This document shows, piece by piece, positions 15,929-32,523 of a DNA stretch of 64,000 nt. Position numbers and translations under genes: made by a program. The notes beneath the pieces were generated by a model. That model did no database searches. It was not told where the DNA came from and saw nothing but the letters and a program-made list of their open reading frames with translations. Within the stretch, counting starts at the first letter, position 1, and every line of letters begins with the position of its first letter. Source of the stretch: Eledone cirrhosa (lineage: Eukaryota); NCBI GenBank assembly GCA_964016885.1, contig OZ024757.1:38874001-38938000 (forward strand). Direction: 5' to 3'.

Positions 15929-16924
15929 AAAATTGAAATAATTATTTTCTTTTAATCTTGAATAATGATAGATCTGGTGCATGGCCTGTACAAACCAGAA
16001 TGGGAACTGTGCCGTGGTCTCATCAGACTGAACACAAATTCATTTCATGTGTAGTTTATTATATCCAAAAATCTAAGGTTCAACATTTACGTTGATATTT
16101 TTGTTATTTAATCGCATACCAATTCTCACTAATCATACTTATTATCTGAAGATATACATTGTATACTGTCGCGATATTTTCAACAACACATCAGTACAAC
16201 GTATTTTTGTGGGGCAAACGTGTGGCTAATCAACACTCGCAGACTAATGTTTAGGGTAACGCCCGATCTTAATGTCGGTTAAGTCCATTACATCGATATG
16301 TGTACTTGACTGGTATTTATTTTATCGCTCGTTGAGAACTATGTTACTAAGTGTTTTACTAAAACAAACACAAAAAAAGAAACAAAACCCCAAAATAATA
16401 AAAATCTGCTTCGGTACACAGCTAAGTACCTCGAACCATATTGAAGCTAATTCACTCTGCACTTGAATTACACAATGAAGATCATTTACTGAAGCATAAA
16501 CAACTGCAAATATAATTGCACACTCACCCTATAAAATACATTTCTTCAGTTGCATGCAAGAATGTATTATTGACAATTTAAGGCGATGGCGGGCGGGAGA
16601 AGAAATGTTAGCGGCACCTGTCTGACTTAAGTGAAGTATTTAGGACAGAAGGAATTAACACAATGCTGCGATAACTGCACGAGAACTTAAATTAATCAAT
16701 ATTCTACTTGTGTTGAAAAGTGTTAAATATTGAAATAACACACTCTAATCTGCAAAAGCAAAGCAGAAACAACAATAATAAATATTTCTTTAAATATAAA
16801 TAATGTTCTGTTAACACCATAAAATTGTGTATTAACTCTTAACATCCTGTTAGGATTTGGTAGAACATGTCTAAAAACAGTTTTGTCAATTCAAATGTTT
16901 AGAATATTATAGCATGATTTGGAC

Positions 16925-17510
16925 GTTTGAACCATTACTAGATACGTTTAAATGTCAGTTAGAATTCTTTACGATATTACTTCCAGGTCACTGTGCTCTG
17001 AGTTCGAATGCCACCGAGGTCAAGTTTACCATTATTGCCTTAGATGCCGATAAAACAGGTACCAGTCAGCTACTGGGCTAGTTTCTTTCTCTATATATCG
17101 ATTTCTTTCTTCACTCTTGTTGCTGGCAAAGGGCAGTGAATTGGCAGGATCGTTATAGCGTCTGACGTCATGCTTTCCAGCATAGTTACGTCCCTTTATG
17201 TTCTGAGTTCAAATCCCGCCGAGATTAACTTTTCCTTTCATCCTTTTCGGGGTCGGTAAAATAAAGTACCAGTAATGTACTGGTTTAATTACTGGCCTTG
17301 TGCCAAAAGTAGAAACAATTATTTTCCCCTGGATCAGTCAGTAGAACGTCGGACAACATGCTGATTTCTAATCAAGGCAATGTTAACTGTGCCTTTCTTC
17401 CTTACGTGGTCGATAAAATAAAGTACCAGTAATGCAGTGGGGTGCATTTAATCGAATTCCTCCTCCCCTAAAACCGCTAGCCTTGTGCCTAAATCAGAAA
17501 CCATTATTTC
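16925..17510 (+). mobile_element. Three tandem SINE copies (~16925-17080 degenerate, 17131-17323, ~17330-17510)
   Basis: Repeated GAGTTC(G/A)AAT B-box and GTCG(A/G)TAAAATAAAGTACCAG cores. Confidence 0.85.
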
Positions 17511-17995
17511 TCTCTGGAAGACAGAATAAATAATCTATTTTCAGACTTGGAGAGAGGCGGGCTTCAACGCATTTAAAATGCACAAGACACACATAATTTA
17601 TGTTTAACGTATTTTCTATCGAATTTTACTCTGCTTCAAACCTACTAAGGATACACATATTTTATCTCTAAATTCTCCTATAACCATCAGTAATGTACTG
17701 AAATAGCTTCAATTGATTTCTTCACTTCTGTACTTCAAAACAATGTGAATTCTTTTTATATTGTTTTGTCAAAAGCAATAGATACTATAAGGCTAGTGGC
17801 TGTTTTTGTTTTTTTTTTTTGCGATTGATCTAACTTTCTAACAAATCATCTTCAGAATATCCTCTGACTTTACGTTGAAGGTAAAATGGATCGGATAATG
17901 TTAAAAACATAAACATATATGAATACATATACACACATACATATACATACATACATATACACACACATACATACATACATACATACATACATACA

Positions 17996-18027
<32 letters not shown>

Positions 18028-18185
18028 CACACATATATATACATACATATACACACATATATATACATACATATATATACACAAACATACGCATATACAT
18101 ATACACACATACATATACACACATACGCACTTATATCTCTCACACTCTGTCTCTCAATTTCTCTCTGTCTTTCTCTTTCATATAT

Positions 18186-18233
<48 letters not shown>

Positions 18234-18562
18234 ATATATATTTATTTAATTTTTTTTCATGTCAACAGATATTATCTGTACATAACACTTCGGCTATTTC
18301 TTCAAACCTTGTTTCCTTTTTTCATATCATATTGAAACACAACTTCTTTATATATATATATACTCACATTCTTATATAATTTAAACATATACACACTATT
18401 TCTGCTGCTGCTGCTACAACTACTTTCAGTGTAAACAACTTCCAACTGAGTCAACCGTCATATCACCATTTTTCTCAATTTCACTTTTAAATGTGTGCGT
18501 GACTGTGATTACAGATGCGGACGTGTGAATATGTGTGTGTATGTGAGATAAAGAGAGTGAGA

Positions 18563-18622
<60 letters not shown>

Positions 18623-19139
18623 CAGAGAGAGAGAAGAGTTTGTGCATATTTGCTCATGTGTTATGTTGAACTAAATTTCATCTTTTTTTTTAAAACCCGG
18701 GTGGGTGAGTTTGTTCAGAAAATGTTAAATCTTCCAATGAATGAACGACTGAATTTTCTGATAGACCTGTGTAATACGAGAGAAAGAGATTCAATCGATA
18801 CGTCTGTCGCCATATCGATATAGAAGAACAGAGGAAATATATATGACGTCATCTATCTTTTTTAAAGACACAAGAAAGAAAGAAAACTAAAGATAAAAAT
18901 TAAAACGAACACAAAAGCGGGAGCTAAACTTATCTGTAAAAATGTCTTTTAACACAAGAAAGAAAGATGGCTGCTAGTTTTATCCAGATTAGTTTAGTGG
19001 AGTTATGTAAAAGTAGAGTCAGTTATTGAAGTTTGTAACGAGACCTTTTGGGTCTTATATATTTCTACCCCCCTACCACCCGTCTTTCGAATAACTGACT
19101 TCTCCTCTTCACCTTTTATTGACATTAAAGAAAACATAC

Positions 19140-19790
19140 TATTTTTCCTTATTTTTCTTCTTCTTTCGTGTTTTTTTTCATTTTCTTTTTCTTTCTGCTT
19201 CTTCTCTTTTTTCCATTTTCTTCTTTTCATCTTTCTTATTTCTTCTTCTTTTCTTCTCTCTTCTTCTTCTCTTCTCTCTTCTTCTTCTCTCTTCTTCTTC
19301 TCTCTTCTTCTTCTCTCTTCTTCTCTCTTTTTCTTCTCGAGTTCGTCTTCTCTTTTTTATCTTTTTTTCGTCTTTTTGTCTCTTTTTCGTTTTTTATCGT
19401 CTTTTTTCGTATCTGTTTTGCTTTTTTTTCGTCTTTTTCGTCCTTTTTATCTATATTTCATGTATTTTCATCTTTTTTTCGTCTTTTTTTCGTCATTTAT
19501 TCGTCTTTTATTTCAAATGTTTTCGTCTTTTTTTCCGTCATTTTCTCGTGTTTTTTCGTCTTTTATTCGTCTTTTTTTCTTTTATTTTTTCGCCGTTTTT
19601 TTCGTCTTTTTCTTCGTCTTTTTCTTCGTCTTTTTCTTCGTCTTTTTCTTCGTCTTTTTTCTTCGTCTTTTTTCTTCGTCTTTTTTCTTCGTCTTTTTTC
19701 TTCGTCTTTTTTCTTCGTCTTTTTTCTTCGTCTTTTTTTCGTCTTTTTTTCTTTTTTTTTTCGTCTTTTTTTCATTCTCTAGTTCTTTTT
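19140..19790. repeat. Pyrimidine-rich low-complexity array, (CTTCGTCTTTTT)n-like
   Basis: TTCGTC motif separated by T runs, 12-13 bp period near 19610-19745. Confidence 0.9.
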
Positions 19791-20084
19791 CTCTACTTGC
19801 TTAGGTTCTTCTCCCTCGTCCTACCTCTTATTTAACCTAAATGTGCAGACTTTTATTCAGAGGTATTTCATCTGTCAAAATGGTGTCCGTTCCCAAGACT
19901 TGTTATTTTAATTAATTAATCAATTATTTTTGAAGCATATGATTGCTTCAAACAATACAACTTTCATTTTATATTACGGTTGATTGAATTAAAGATTAAA
20001 GAAGCGGTGCAGGTACCAATTAAAGAGGCATATCGAGCGAGCAAGCTGGAAAACATTTATTTTTGTAAAATCCTAAACATGCTC

Positions 20085-20340
20085 CAACTATATCTATCCT
20101 GCCGCCTAACTCCAGTCTCGTATTCGGACTTGTACGAGTATGTCTATATGCGATGAGATTATCCAGATTTCACATATGCCCCACCTCTATCTATCCTCTC
20201 AACTGTCTCGTATTCGAACTTGTACGATCATGTCAATGTGTGATAACAATATACAACATTCTAAATATACCACCACAACCATATCTATTCACTCTCCTGT
20301 CTCTTGTTCGGAGCTGTGCGAGTATGTCTGAGATAACATT
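20085..20340. repeat. Diverged ~90-95-bp tandem trimer
   Basis: GTCTCGTATTCGGACTTGTACGA (~20115), GTCTCGTATTCGAACTTGTACGA (~20205), GTCTCTTGTTCGGAGCTGTGCGA (~20299). Confidence 0.7.
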
Positions 20341-20404
20341 ATCTAAAGGATGGTAGGGAATAATTTGACCTAGATATATCTGCTCATTATAACACGTCAA
20401 AAAA

Positions 20405-20875
20405 GGGTGGTGTACTGGCAGTGATCGGTTGAGCGTCGGAGACCATGCTTTGTGATATAGAGTTATGGCCTTTTACGGTCTGAGTTTAGATCTCACCAAG
20501 GATAGCTTAGCATTTTATCCTTACGGTATCGATAAAATAAATCGAAGCACCAGTAATGCATTGGGCTCGATTTAGTCGACTTTCCCCTCTGTCCTAAAAT
20601 TGTTGACCTTGCACCTAAATAATAATCCCTTATATCACGTAAAAAAAAGGCAGTGAATCCGCAGTAATCAGTAGAGCGTCTCATACCATGATTTGCGGCA
20701 TGTAGGTACGGTTCTTCACGGTCTGATTTCAAATCTCGCTGAGGATATCTTTACTTTTCATCTTACGGGATCGATAAAATAAATGAAAGCACTAGTAATG
20801 CACTGGAGTGGATTTCATCGACTTTCCCCACTTCCCTAAAATTGTTGGCCTTGTGTCTAAATCATAAACCATTGT
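20405..20875 (+). mobile_element. Two tandem SINE copies (long-tail variant)
   Basis: Each has a head, ATCGATAAAATAAAT.GAAGCAC.AGTAATGCA and a TCGACTTTCCCC...CCTAAAATTGTTG tail. Confidence 0.8.
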
Positions 20876-21043
20876 AACATCTCAAATCAATCACCCACTT
20901 CGATACTCCCACGTCTTTTCTCGTCCGTTGAAATATGAGCCGCGTGTTCCATCTCAGTCAGAAGTAATTTTACTTAAATTACACCACTAAAGTGAATGTG
21001 AAAATATGAAATATTCTTTTGTGATTGTGCTTCTTCTTTTCTC

Positions 21044-21091
<48 letters not shown>

Positions 21092-22185
21092 CTGTTGTTG
21101 ATTTTATTTGTAATTATCTTTCTCTTTGTTCAGTTTTATTGTTCTTTCTCCATCTATACGGAGTCTTTCTGGCTAGCAATGTAGAAATCGATAGTATGTT
21201 TACTGTAGGTAAGTGTTGGCTTAAAACCGAGGCTATTCATGCTAATGAGGTTAACTGAGTTTTTATTTGACACCAATAACCTTTGGCACCGTGCTATGTA
21301 TGTCATACATGATCTTTCATACTATACATCACTTAGCATATCTTCTACCTTCAACATATCATATTGATTGATTTCTAAGACAATATGTATGTATGTATGT
21401 ATGTATGCATGTATGTATCTATGTATGTGTGTATATATAATATGTGTGTATGGGGCGGCTGCATATATATGTGTGTGTGGTGAATGTGTTTGCATGTATA
21501 TATGTGTGTATATATACACAGAGAGAGGTGCATATTTATTATATATTTATATTCGTTGGGGGGGGGGGGAACTATTATGTATTTTGAAAAATGATTTAGA
21601 ATTATTATTTTTATTTGAATTTTATTTAAATCGTGTTTTTAATATATTATTTTTTATGTGTTTTGTTTTAGTAACTAGACTGATATTGAACATTGAATAT
21701 TAATTAAGAACTATATCGATGGGGGTTAATTGAAGTTACGTTTTTTTTCTTGTTTAAAATCGTGGACTGATTATAATGTCTCTCATCTTTTACAAACGAT
21801 GAATTGATTCTAATAATTGATTAAATTTATTTTTTAATCATAAATTGATTATTTTTATAATATAATATAATTTGTTTTTTCTGAATTTTAAAAAGGAAAA
21901 TTTAAGCTAGTGCATTTGGACACCGTTGGGTCAAGCGTGTTGTGGAACGTAATAGAAATGCTGGATAAGACGGGAAAAAGTACATCCAGTTGACTGATAA
22001 ATTTACTAGAACGAGTAGCTATATTCCCGCCTAATCGAGCCCTGTTTGTAGATAACTGAAGGTGTGGTTTACGGGATTTAAGGATCTTGTAAAAGAATTA
22101 ATCAGAGAGGAGAGAGACTGACACACCCTGAAAGATTTAAAAGAAAAGAATTCCTAGTTGCAGCAACAAACACTGGCACAAACTT

Positions 22186-23390
22186 TCTTTTTCTCTTCTC
22201 GCTTCTCTTTTCCCTCTCTTATCTCCTCTCTTATTTCTTCTCTGCTACCCTCTCTCATCTCACGTCTGTCCCCCTCTCCTTTCTCCCCTCTCCCCCTCCT
22301 CTCTCCCCCTCTCCTTTCTCCTCTCTCCCCCTCTCCTTTCCCCATTCTCTTCTCTCCATTCTCTTCTCTCCATTCTCTTCTCTCCATTCTCTTCTCTCCA
22401 TTCTCCATTCTCCTTTCTCCATTCTCCTCTCTCTTTTCTCCATTCTCCTCTCTCTTTTCTCCATTCTCCTCTCTCTTTTCTCCATTCTCCTCTCTCATCT
22501 CTCTCCATTCTCCTCTCTCATCTCTCTCGCATCTCTCTCTCGCATCTCTCTCTCGCATCTCTCTCTCGCATCTCACGTATCTCTCTCTCGCATCTCTCGC
22601 ATCTCTCTCTCAAGTCTTTCTCAAGTCTTTCTCAAGTCTTTCTCAAGTCTTTCTCAAGTCTTTCTCAAGTCTTTCTCAAGTCTTTCTCAAGTCTTTCTCA
22701 AGTCTTTCTCAAGTCTTTCTCAAGTCTTTCTCAAGTCTTTCTCAAGTCTTTCTCAAGTCTTTCTCAAGTCTTTCTCAAGTCTTTCTCAAGTCTTTCTCAA
22801 GTCTTTCTCAAGTCTTTCTCAAGTCTTTCTCAAGTCTTTCTCAAGTCTTTCTCAAGTCTTTCTCAAGTCTTTCTCAAGTCTTTCTCAAGTCTTTCTCAAG
22901 TCTTTCTCAAGTCTCTCTCTCAAGTCTCTTTCTCATTTCTCATCTCTCATCTCTCATCTCTCATTTCTCATCTCTCATCTCTCATCTCTCATTTCTCATT
23001 TCTCATCTCTCATCTCTCATTTCTCATCTCTCATTTCTCATCTCTCATCTCTCATCTCTCATTTCTCATCTCTCATCTCTCCTTTCTCATCTCTCATCTC
23101 TCCTTTCTCATCTCTCATCTCTCCTTTCTCATCTCTCATCTCTCCTTTCTCATCTCTCCTTTCTCATCACTCCTCTATCCTCTCCTCTCTCATCTTCCCT
23201 CTCCTCTCTCATCTTCCCTCTCCTCTCCTCTCTCCCCACTCATCCTCCCCCTCCTCTCTCGCACCTCCTCTCTCCTCTCTCCCCTCTTCCCTCCCACCAC
23301 CCTCTCGTTTCCCTCTTCCCTCCCTCTCGTCCTCCCTCTCGTCCCCCCTCTCTCTCTTCCATACACACAATTTTACCCTCTTCACTACTC
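22186..23390. repeat. Polypyrimidine tract containing an 11-bp minisatellite (TCTCAAGTCTT)~29 at ~22608-22927
   Basis: Direct inspection; flanked by CTCCATT, CTCGCAT and TCTCATC motif blocks. Confidence 0.95.
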
Positions 23391-23917
23391 CTACCAAAAC
23401 CCTATACAACATGAATGACAGACCTTTTCACGACATTTACAACAACTTTAATATCATAAATAATCCATTTTAACTGTCAAAAGTAATATTACAATACCAT
23501 ATACGGCGGCGGCGCACTAGTCTAGGTTCCTCTTTGAAATAATACTTTAGTTTAACACTTCCCATCTCTTCACAATATATAGAATCTAATAGACACTTGG
23601 AGAAATAATTATGTCAGCAAGTATTGGATAATAATATCCATAGCCTGGAATATATCCTGCAATATCAGACTTGATATCATAGTCAATAAATAGGATAATA
23701 TATACGCGGCTAGGAGCAGCAAGATATTTGCTTTGAAATGTTAACCTTATGATCCTAAGTCTGCGAACTCTGACATAGTGCGGCAGTCTATGAAGACACA
23801 GGCGCCCTCTACTTCTATAAACACACATATACACACGTGCACTTACTAACAAAGGCATATGTATATATATATACACACATACACACTGCTTACACACGCA
23901 CACATACATACCCTTAC

Positions 23918-24005
23918 ATAGAAGCCATTTCTATATTTAAAATGTATACTCTGATATGTATTGGGTACCTTACTTATGGTTCACCCCGATTGAACCCGGG
24001 ATACA
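23918..24005 (+). mobile_element. Family A 3' portion (tail) without palindrome
   Basis: TAGAAGCCATTTCTATATT...TATACTCTGATATGTATTGGGTACCTTACTTATGGTTCACCCCGATTGAACCCGGGATAC, similar to 41410-41496. Confidence 0.7.
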
Positions 24006-24084
24006 CATACGCACAGGCACATATATATATCTGAGTGAGTTTCTTGGTCAGTGTTCAAGTCTCAGACCCGTACAGCACAGACTC

Positions 24085-24481
24085 CACTACAGCAATGAAG
24101 AGGCGGATTTTCAGGTCTTTTCTATGGTGGATGGGTGCTACACGAGAATGTTGAGGATGGCTCTGAACATTAATCAGTATACACTGAGGATGAAGAACGC
24201 AGAGCTGTATGGGAGCCTCCCCAAAGTCAGCTCATAATTGACACAGAGGAGACTGAGGTTAGCTGGACATGCTCACCGACATCCACAGTTCACATTGCAC
24301 TCAGTGCTCCTGTGGGAGCCCCTGCATGGACGCACTGGAAGAGGAAGACCAAGGTTAACGTATGTTGATGCCCTGAGGACAGACACTGGTCTGTTGGAGA
24401 CGCAGGACATGGCAGCGATAATGAGGGACAGAGACCGCTGGAGAGAACTCGTCCATGGATCTCGGGAATTTTACCCGCCCT

Positions 24482-24483
<2 letters not shown>
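24085..24483 (+). pseudogene. RTE-clade LINE ORF C-terminus (second family), one in-frame stop at 24235-24237
   Basis: DGCYTRMLRMALNI...ELYGSLPKVSS*LTQRRLRLAGH..RH....LLWEPLHGRTGRGRPRLTYVDALRTDTGL....MRDRDRWRELV; the stop codon is followed directly by (AT)n. Confidence 0.85.
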
Positions 24484-24538
<55 letters not shown>

Positions 24539-24719
24539 CATTTCCTGATATCGAAGTACACAAACACGTTTAGTTAACTGTTAAATAATTAAGGTTTGCA
24601 TTTAAAATATTATACCTACGATCCATTGCTGTCTACAACTAAATACAGAAGCATGTCTGCTATTAAAAAAACCTCGGTGAGAACATGCATCTGAGAAAGT
24701 CTTGTAGGATTGTGTGATG

Positions 24720-24783
<64 letters not shown>

Positions 24784-25254
24784 ATGAATGTTAGAGGGAG
24801 ATAGATGCAGACATAAAAATGCATGTACATGCATATTTACATATATATATATATACATATACACCCACATACATCATGTATATTATATATATGTGTTGGG
24901 TGTATACACATAATATATGCAACAGTACAATACGCTTCAGCGAGCTCTGTGATTAAACTACATCTGATTCCCTTGTCTTCGAACAAATTCCCCGGTAATT
25001 CCTTCTGTTCCTCTTCTTACATAATCTCAACATTAATGCTTGCAATTATTATCTACAGAATAAACAACAAACAAAACTAATGCAGAATAAAAGAACAACA
25101 GAATAACATAGAGAATAATAGAAAAATACTCTAAAATAACATAGAATGAATGTAGTGGAATGATGGAATGATACAAAAATATATAAAGACTATATATATA
25201 TAAAGATATAAAATCAAAAAATAAATCAATAGAAATTACGAAATCTCTGTATGT

Positions 25255-27612
<2,358 letters not shown>

Positions 27613-28702
27613 ATTTGTTTGTGTACTGTTCATTTTATTGTGTATATTTCTTCATTGTTAAGCCCCAACCAATTTTTAGACTTTGATGTCAATTTCTTTC
27701 GTGATCGACCAGTAATTTATTGGCAATTTTATCTGAATTTCCCGTGAGATATCCTATATAATGATGCTGAAATCTTTATTATCAGATACTATAAATATCT
27801 AATGGGGTTTGGTGAGTGGAAGAAGAATTGAACGCTGGAAATATAGTTTTTTTTTCTCTTTATGTGTTACGTGTGTTCCATATATTTCTCTCTCTCCCTC
27901 TCTCTCTCTCTGCATGTACATATGTATATTCAGATACACACACACACATATATATATAAATATATATATAAATTTATATATATATATATGCAGACACATC
28001 TCTCTCCCTCTCCCCCCTCTCTATCCTTCCCTCTCCTCCCTCTCTATCCTTCTCTATCCCTCCCTCTCCCTCCCTCTTCCTCTCCCTATCCCCCCTCTCT
28101 CTCTGCATGTGTGTATACGTGTAGGCAATTGTTTTTTCTATGTGTATGTATGTACGCTACGATGCATGTGTGTCTCACATTTGCAATTTGTTTCACAACC
28201 TATGCGTGGTGCTCAATGAGACGTATACAAATAGATAGATAGTTGGATAAATAAATAGATAGATATCTATATCTATATATATATATATATCCTATATACA
28301 AATAAATAAACATGGATATATTATAGATTGATAGGTAGAGAGATAGAGGTAGAGATGTTTTGTGGAGAGAGAATTTTGAAATCCAGTTAGATAAGGTGAG
28401 TTTATTGGAGTGTTTAAAAGCTTTTTCTGCCTGTATGATGAACAGAGAAGCTACGTATATTTATGTGTGAATATATCACTGTGTGCCTTTTGTGTGCAAA
28501 ACTCTGTGGTCTGTGGCAAGTGCTCAAACGATTAACTTTATAATCCAAGCGGGAATACTTGTTATTTTATATAACCCACTAAAGCATTACTTATTTCTGT
28601 TTACGACCTTATTACTACTGATAGTTGGGAATCGTGATCAAAGGTGATTTAGCCTTTCATCTTACCGCCTCCTTTGCTCGATACATAGTCTATATTGGAA
28701 TA

Positions 28703-28765
<63 letters not shown>

Positions 28766-28776
28766 CGTTTCGTATT

Positions 28777-29381
28777 TAACCCTTTCATTACCATATCTCT
28801 AATGAATACTACTGCCAATTATTTTGGTATCATTTCGTAAGTAATGAAGAAACTTTAAAGATTTGTAGATAAAATTACGATGGAGCAAATTAAAGTAAAC
28901 ACTTTTACCATCGTTCTTATGACAGACCGGCTATGATTTAAAAAGTAACTTTAAAAGATAATCCCTAATATCAACGGAATTTGTTGTTTAAATAAACTTC
29001 TAATTATTAATATGGTGTCTGGAGCGTAACGTATGTAGTTTATTTTTACCAAAAATCATACAACAATTTTTTTTTAATATAAAGTAAAACCTCCATTCGA
29101 AATGTTCATACACCAAAATTCTTTTATACAGCAAGTGAACCTTTCTTGCTGTTAAACAGTTTGCCAACTGTTGTTCCCAGTTTGCATGTTCCTTACTCAA
29201 GACACCCTTGTACATCGAGACGTTTTATATTGAAGAAAATTGTACCTGAACCAATTTTTCTGTGATCTGAAGCGTTCGTGAATCGAGGTATCACTGTACT
29301 TCAAAATAAGTTGTTTTTTTTTATGTATATAGTAGATCGAAGGTCATATTCAGGGGGTAGAGTTAGTATGAATAGGGTTAA
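28777..29381. mobile_element. Possible TTAA-flanked (piggyBac/Kolobok-like) non-autonomous element
   Basis: TTAACCCTTTCATTAC ... GTATGAATAGGGTTAA imperfect terminal inverted repeats. Confidence 0.4.
29080..29298. mobile_element. pogo/Tigger-like MITE nested in the previous element
   Basis: Right end GAATCGAGGTATCACTG-TA; degenerate left end TA-AAGTAAAACCTCCATTC. Confidence 0.45.
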
Positions 29382-29646
29382 ATTTACATACAGAATAAAG
29401 TTTACCATTTCTAGCAGATTGAATGACCTCTTAGATTGAATGACCTCTTAGCTTTCATGAAAATAATCTAAAACATGTCTTTTCACCATGACCAGATATA
29501 AATTTGGCTGGATACATCTGAGCAGGTCTAGCTAATCAATTGACATTATCGAACTTATGATGTAAACACATCATTACAGACACATACACAGCCACATAAA
29601 CATGCATACATACATACACACACACACAAACACTTAAATATGTACT

Positions 29647-29698
<52 letters not shown>

Positions 29699-29789
29699 AA
29701 ACAACATACTGATACATTCATAAACACATATTCACATACATACACATACACAAACACACACACACACACCTATATATACATATACATGA

Positions 29790-29833
<44 letters not shown>

Positions 29834-29936
29834 TCTTCCGCTGATTTGAAAGAGAAAGGGAGGTGTGAGGAAGAGGTGGGTAAATCGAGATGGGGTTAAA
29901 AGCGTAGTGCATGAATTAGAACCATTGTATATAGAG

Positions 29937-30045
<109 letters not shown>

Positions 30046-31257
30046 ATTCTCGGCAGCTTGATACTTTGGTATTTTCAATGAGTGCCTTTGTACTTCAGCG
30101 TTTGTCCATGAATGAGTGTGTATATGTGTGAATGGATGCATGTGATATTCTGTGTGACTGTTCGTCTCTCTCTCTCTCTCTCTCTCTCAATCTATAATAT
30201 TTGCACATACACACACGCAGATACTATACTTTTATGCATTTATAATTTCCTATCTTAGACATGCTACTGCAATAAGGATATTCCACATTTCCATATTATT
30301 AGGTTTTAACATACATGTGTCCCTGTAACGATAAAGAAAATAAGATTTTCTTCCTGGTAAGATGAGTGCCTGTTTGAATTTATCTTTCCTTTGTAAAGTG
30401 GATGGTGATAGGAATGGAATCCAGCTGTCCAATCCATTACAAACATGGCTAAATCGAGTGTAATCCTCAATTGATTCCGAGGTCACAACGGCCTCTCTAG
30501 CGTTGATGTGACAATAAGACGGACTCAGTTTTATCATAATGTTGTCTTAGGTTAGATGTTATTCATATCACCAGAGAAAACGTACAAAGAATGGAGAAAA
30601 CTTCTCAATTCTATCAGACATGTGACAAACCCTACTCCCCCACTCTCTTTGCTGTCGTCACAGCAATGTATGTAAGTGAGATGCATTCCTCAGCTCGTCT
30701 GAGAGGAGAGGGCGTTCAGCTAAGTATTGTCATGGTCTGTAATATCACATCCAACCATTTGCTAAATGAGAAAACTAATATAAAATGATGACGATGATGA
30801 AATAATGTGATAAACACTCCTTCCAGTTAAATAGATAGCATCTACGGGGTTTGTAATTTACCAAGTATTCCAAGTCTTTACCAAATGCTAGAAATAGCAT
30901 CTAATTCTTCCTCAATTTGCATTCCAATTGTCTTAGCAAAAGCAGAAAAAATTGAATGGCATGACTTTAGAAGCATCCTTTCTGAAGGGAAGAAAGAAGT
31001 TCCTTTGATCGCGGATTCGTTTGATCAGAATTGATCTGGGACTAAGCCAGTACAATATCGCCAGATACACTCTGCACATACATGCACTAAGACGCTTAGA
31101 ATTGCGGTTACTGCTCGAACGAACAATTAAACGGAGATGAATTCAAAATATTTGAGCTGGCATTTCGATACAAAAGTGATACGATCAATTAATTTCTACT
31201 AACACACAATTTCAGAGCTGTAGTGAACATACAATATAGCTGGACGCCTTTGATTTT

Positions 31258-31311
<54 letters not shown>

Positions 31312-31819
31312 CTTAGTTATATATGTATATAGTTTATCAGAGGTCTATCAAACTGTTCAGTTCTATTCAGTTTATTGTCATTGTACACAAATGTCATGAA
31401 AGATTAGCTTGCTTCTCGTGTTGCAATAACAAGCATCAATACACAAGAAATAATGTCAATAACATGCATGTATATCTTTCCATAGAGTATAAGGATTAAT
31501 AATGATTCACTCACCTTATCAGAAGACGACAAATATATTTGTATACGTGACGGGAGAACTGACGAAAGCAATACAAAGGGAAACGATCGTTAGATAGAAC
31601 CAAGGAAACAATATTTCCATTGGTCTTCTCACATGTTGTTATTCTCTGTCGGCCATAGAAGAAAGGAGCTGATTGTCAGTTCTAACTCGAAGAAATAATG
31701 TTTGTGTCTATTGGACATCTTTTCATTGCTGTTGTTGTTACAGCTCACACCTATGCAGGTTTAGCTGGCCTCCTCCAAGATATATCTCGTTGGAGGTGTC
31801 TTGGGTGATTTAATGATAG

Positions 31820-31962
31820 GTACCTCAGTTCTATCATCTCATTTCTACAGCTGAGTAAACTGGAGCAACGTGAAAAAAAGTGTCTTGCTCAAGAAAACAA
31901 CACATCACGCGGTCCGAGAATAGAACTCACAACCTTTCAATTGCAAGCCGAATGCTCTAACT
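31820..31962 (-). mobile_element. Second SINE family (tRNA head + CORE/V-like body)
   Basis: Minus strand: GTTAGAGCATTCGGC...GTGAGTTCTATTC...CTTGAGCAAGACACTTT..CACGTTGCTCCAGTTTACTCAGCTGTAGAAATG; related copy at 34590-34705. Confidence 0.65.
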
Positions 31963-32397
31963 TCTTACCATTGCTGGTAAATTCTAACTATTTACCGCTA
32001 GGAATTCCTGGCAGAAACTAGGCCAAACTCACTCATAAAGTGATAAATTATTCCCCGATACGTTATCGATCCTGGTTAGATAAATAGCAATGAATATCCG
32101 TGTAGGATTTGAAACTGTGTGGTATATAGGTAATTTCCATTGCTGGAAGTCTCTGACTATCTACCGTTCGTAGTTGCTGGCACATTCAGCCACTAGAATT
32201 ACAATAGTTTGTTCAAGAACACCACTCTCACCTTCCCCAGTTAATCATGACTCCAATAACATAATCACTAGGACAAACTTCTTTCATGAAGTTATTGTAT
32301 ACATACATATAATTATTATTTAATAAACAACATAACACAATTCCTTTCCTTTACCCTTCCTGTGCGTTCACAGATTGATTTTTTTTTTTAGTTTCAG

Positions 32398-32523
32398 AAA
32401 GCGATTCTTTTGCTTAAACTTTAATCTGTTATTTTAATAAATATTTGCTCTATGGTTCTTGTATATTATATATTTATCCTTATCAAGCCTTCTTTGGACT
32501 TTAGTCTTCAAATTTATTATTAT

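Noticed and set aside
15985-16030. CTGATGA on the minus strand as a hammerhead
   Set aside because: No GAAA after the potential stem II and no stems I/III
19119-19835. F/S-rich and K/R-rich ORFs
   Set aside because: Low-complexity (TTCGTC)Tn array that is open in several frames
22158-23414. 418-aa ORF with [11 protein letters not shown] repeats
   Set aside because: Read-through of the 11-bp minisatellite and polypyrimidine tract
30830-31050. Possible additional dispersed repeat family (weakly similar to ~37440-37525 and ~38640-38670, minus strand)
   Set aside because: Similarity too degenerate to define boundaries or class by eye
31552-31600. CTGACGA...GAAACGATCGTT hammerhead-like string
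   Set aside because: Stem III palindrome is present, but there is no stem II or stem I pairing; single copy, not TA-flanked
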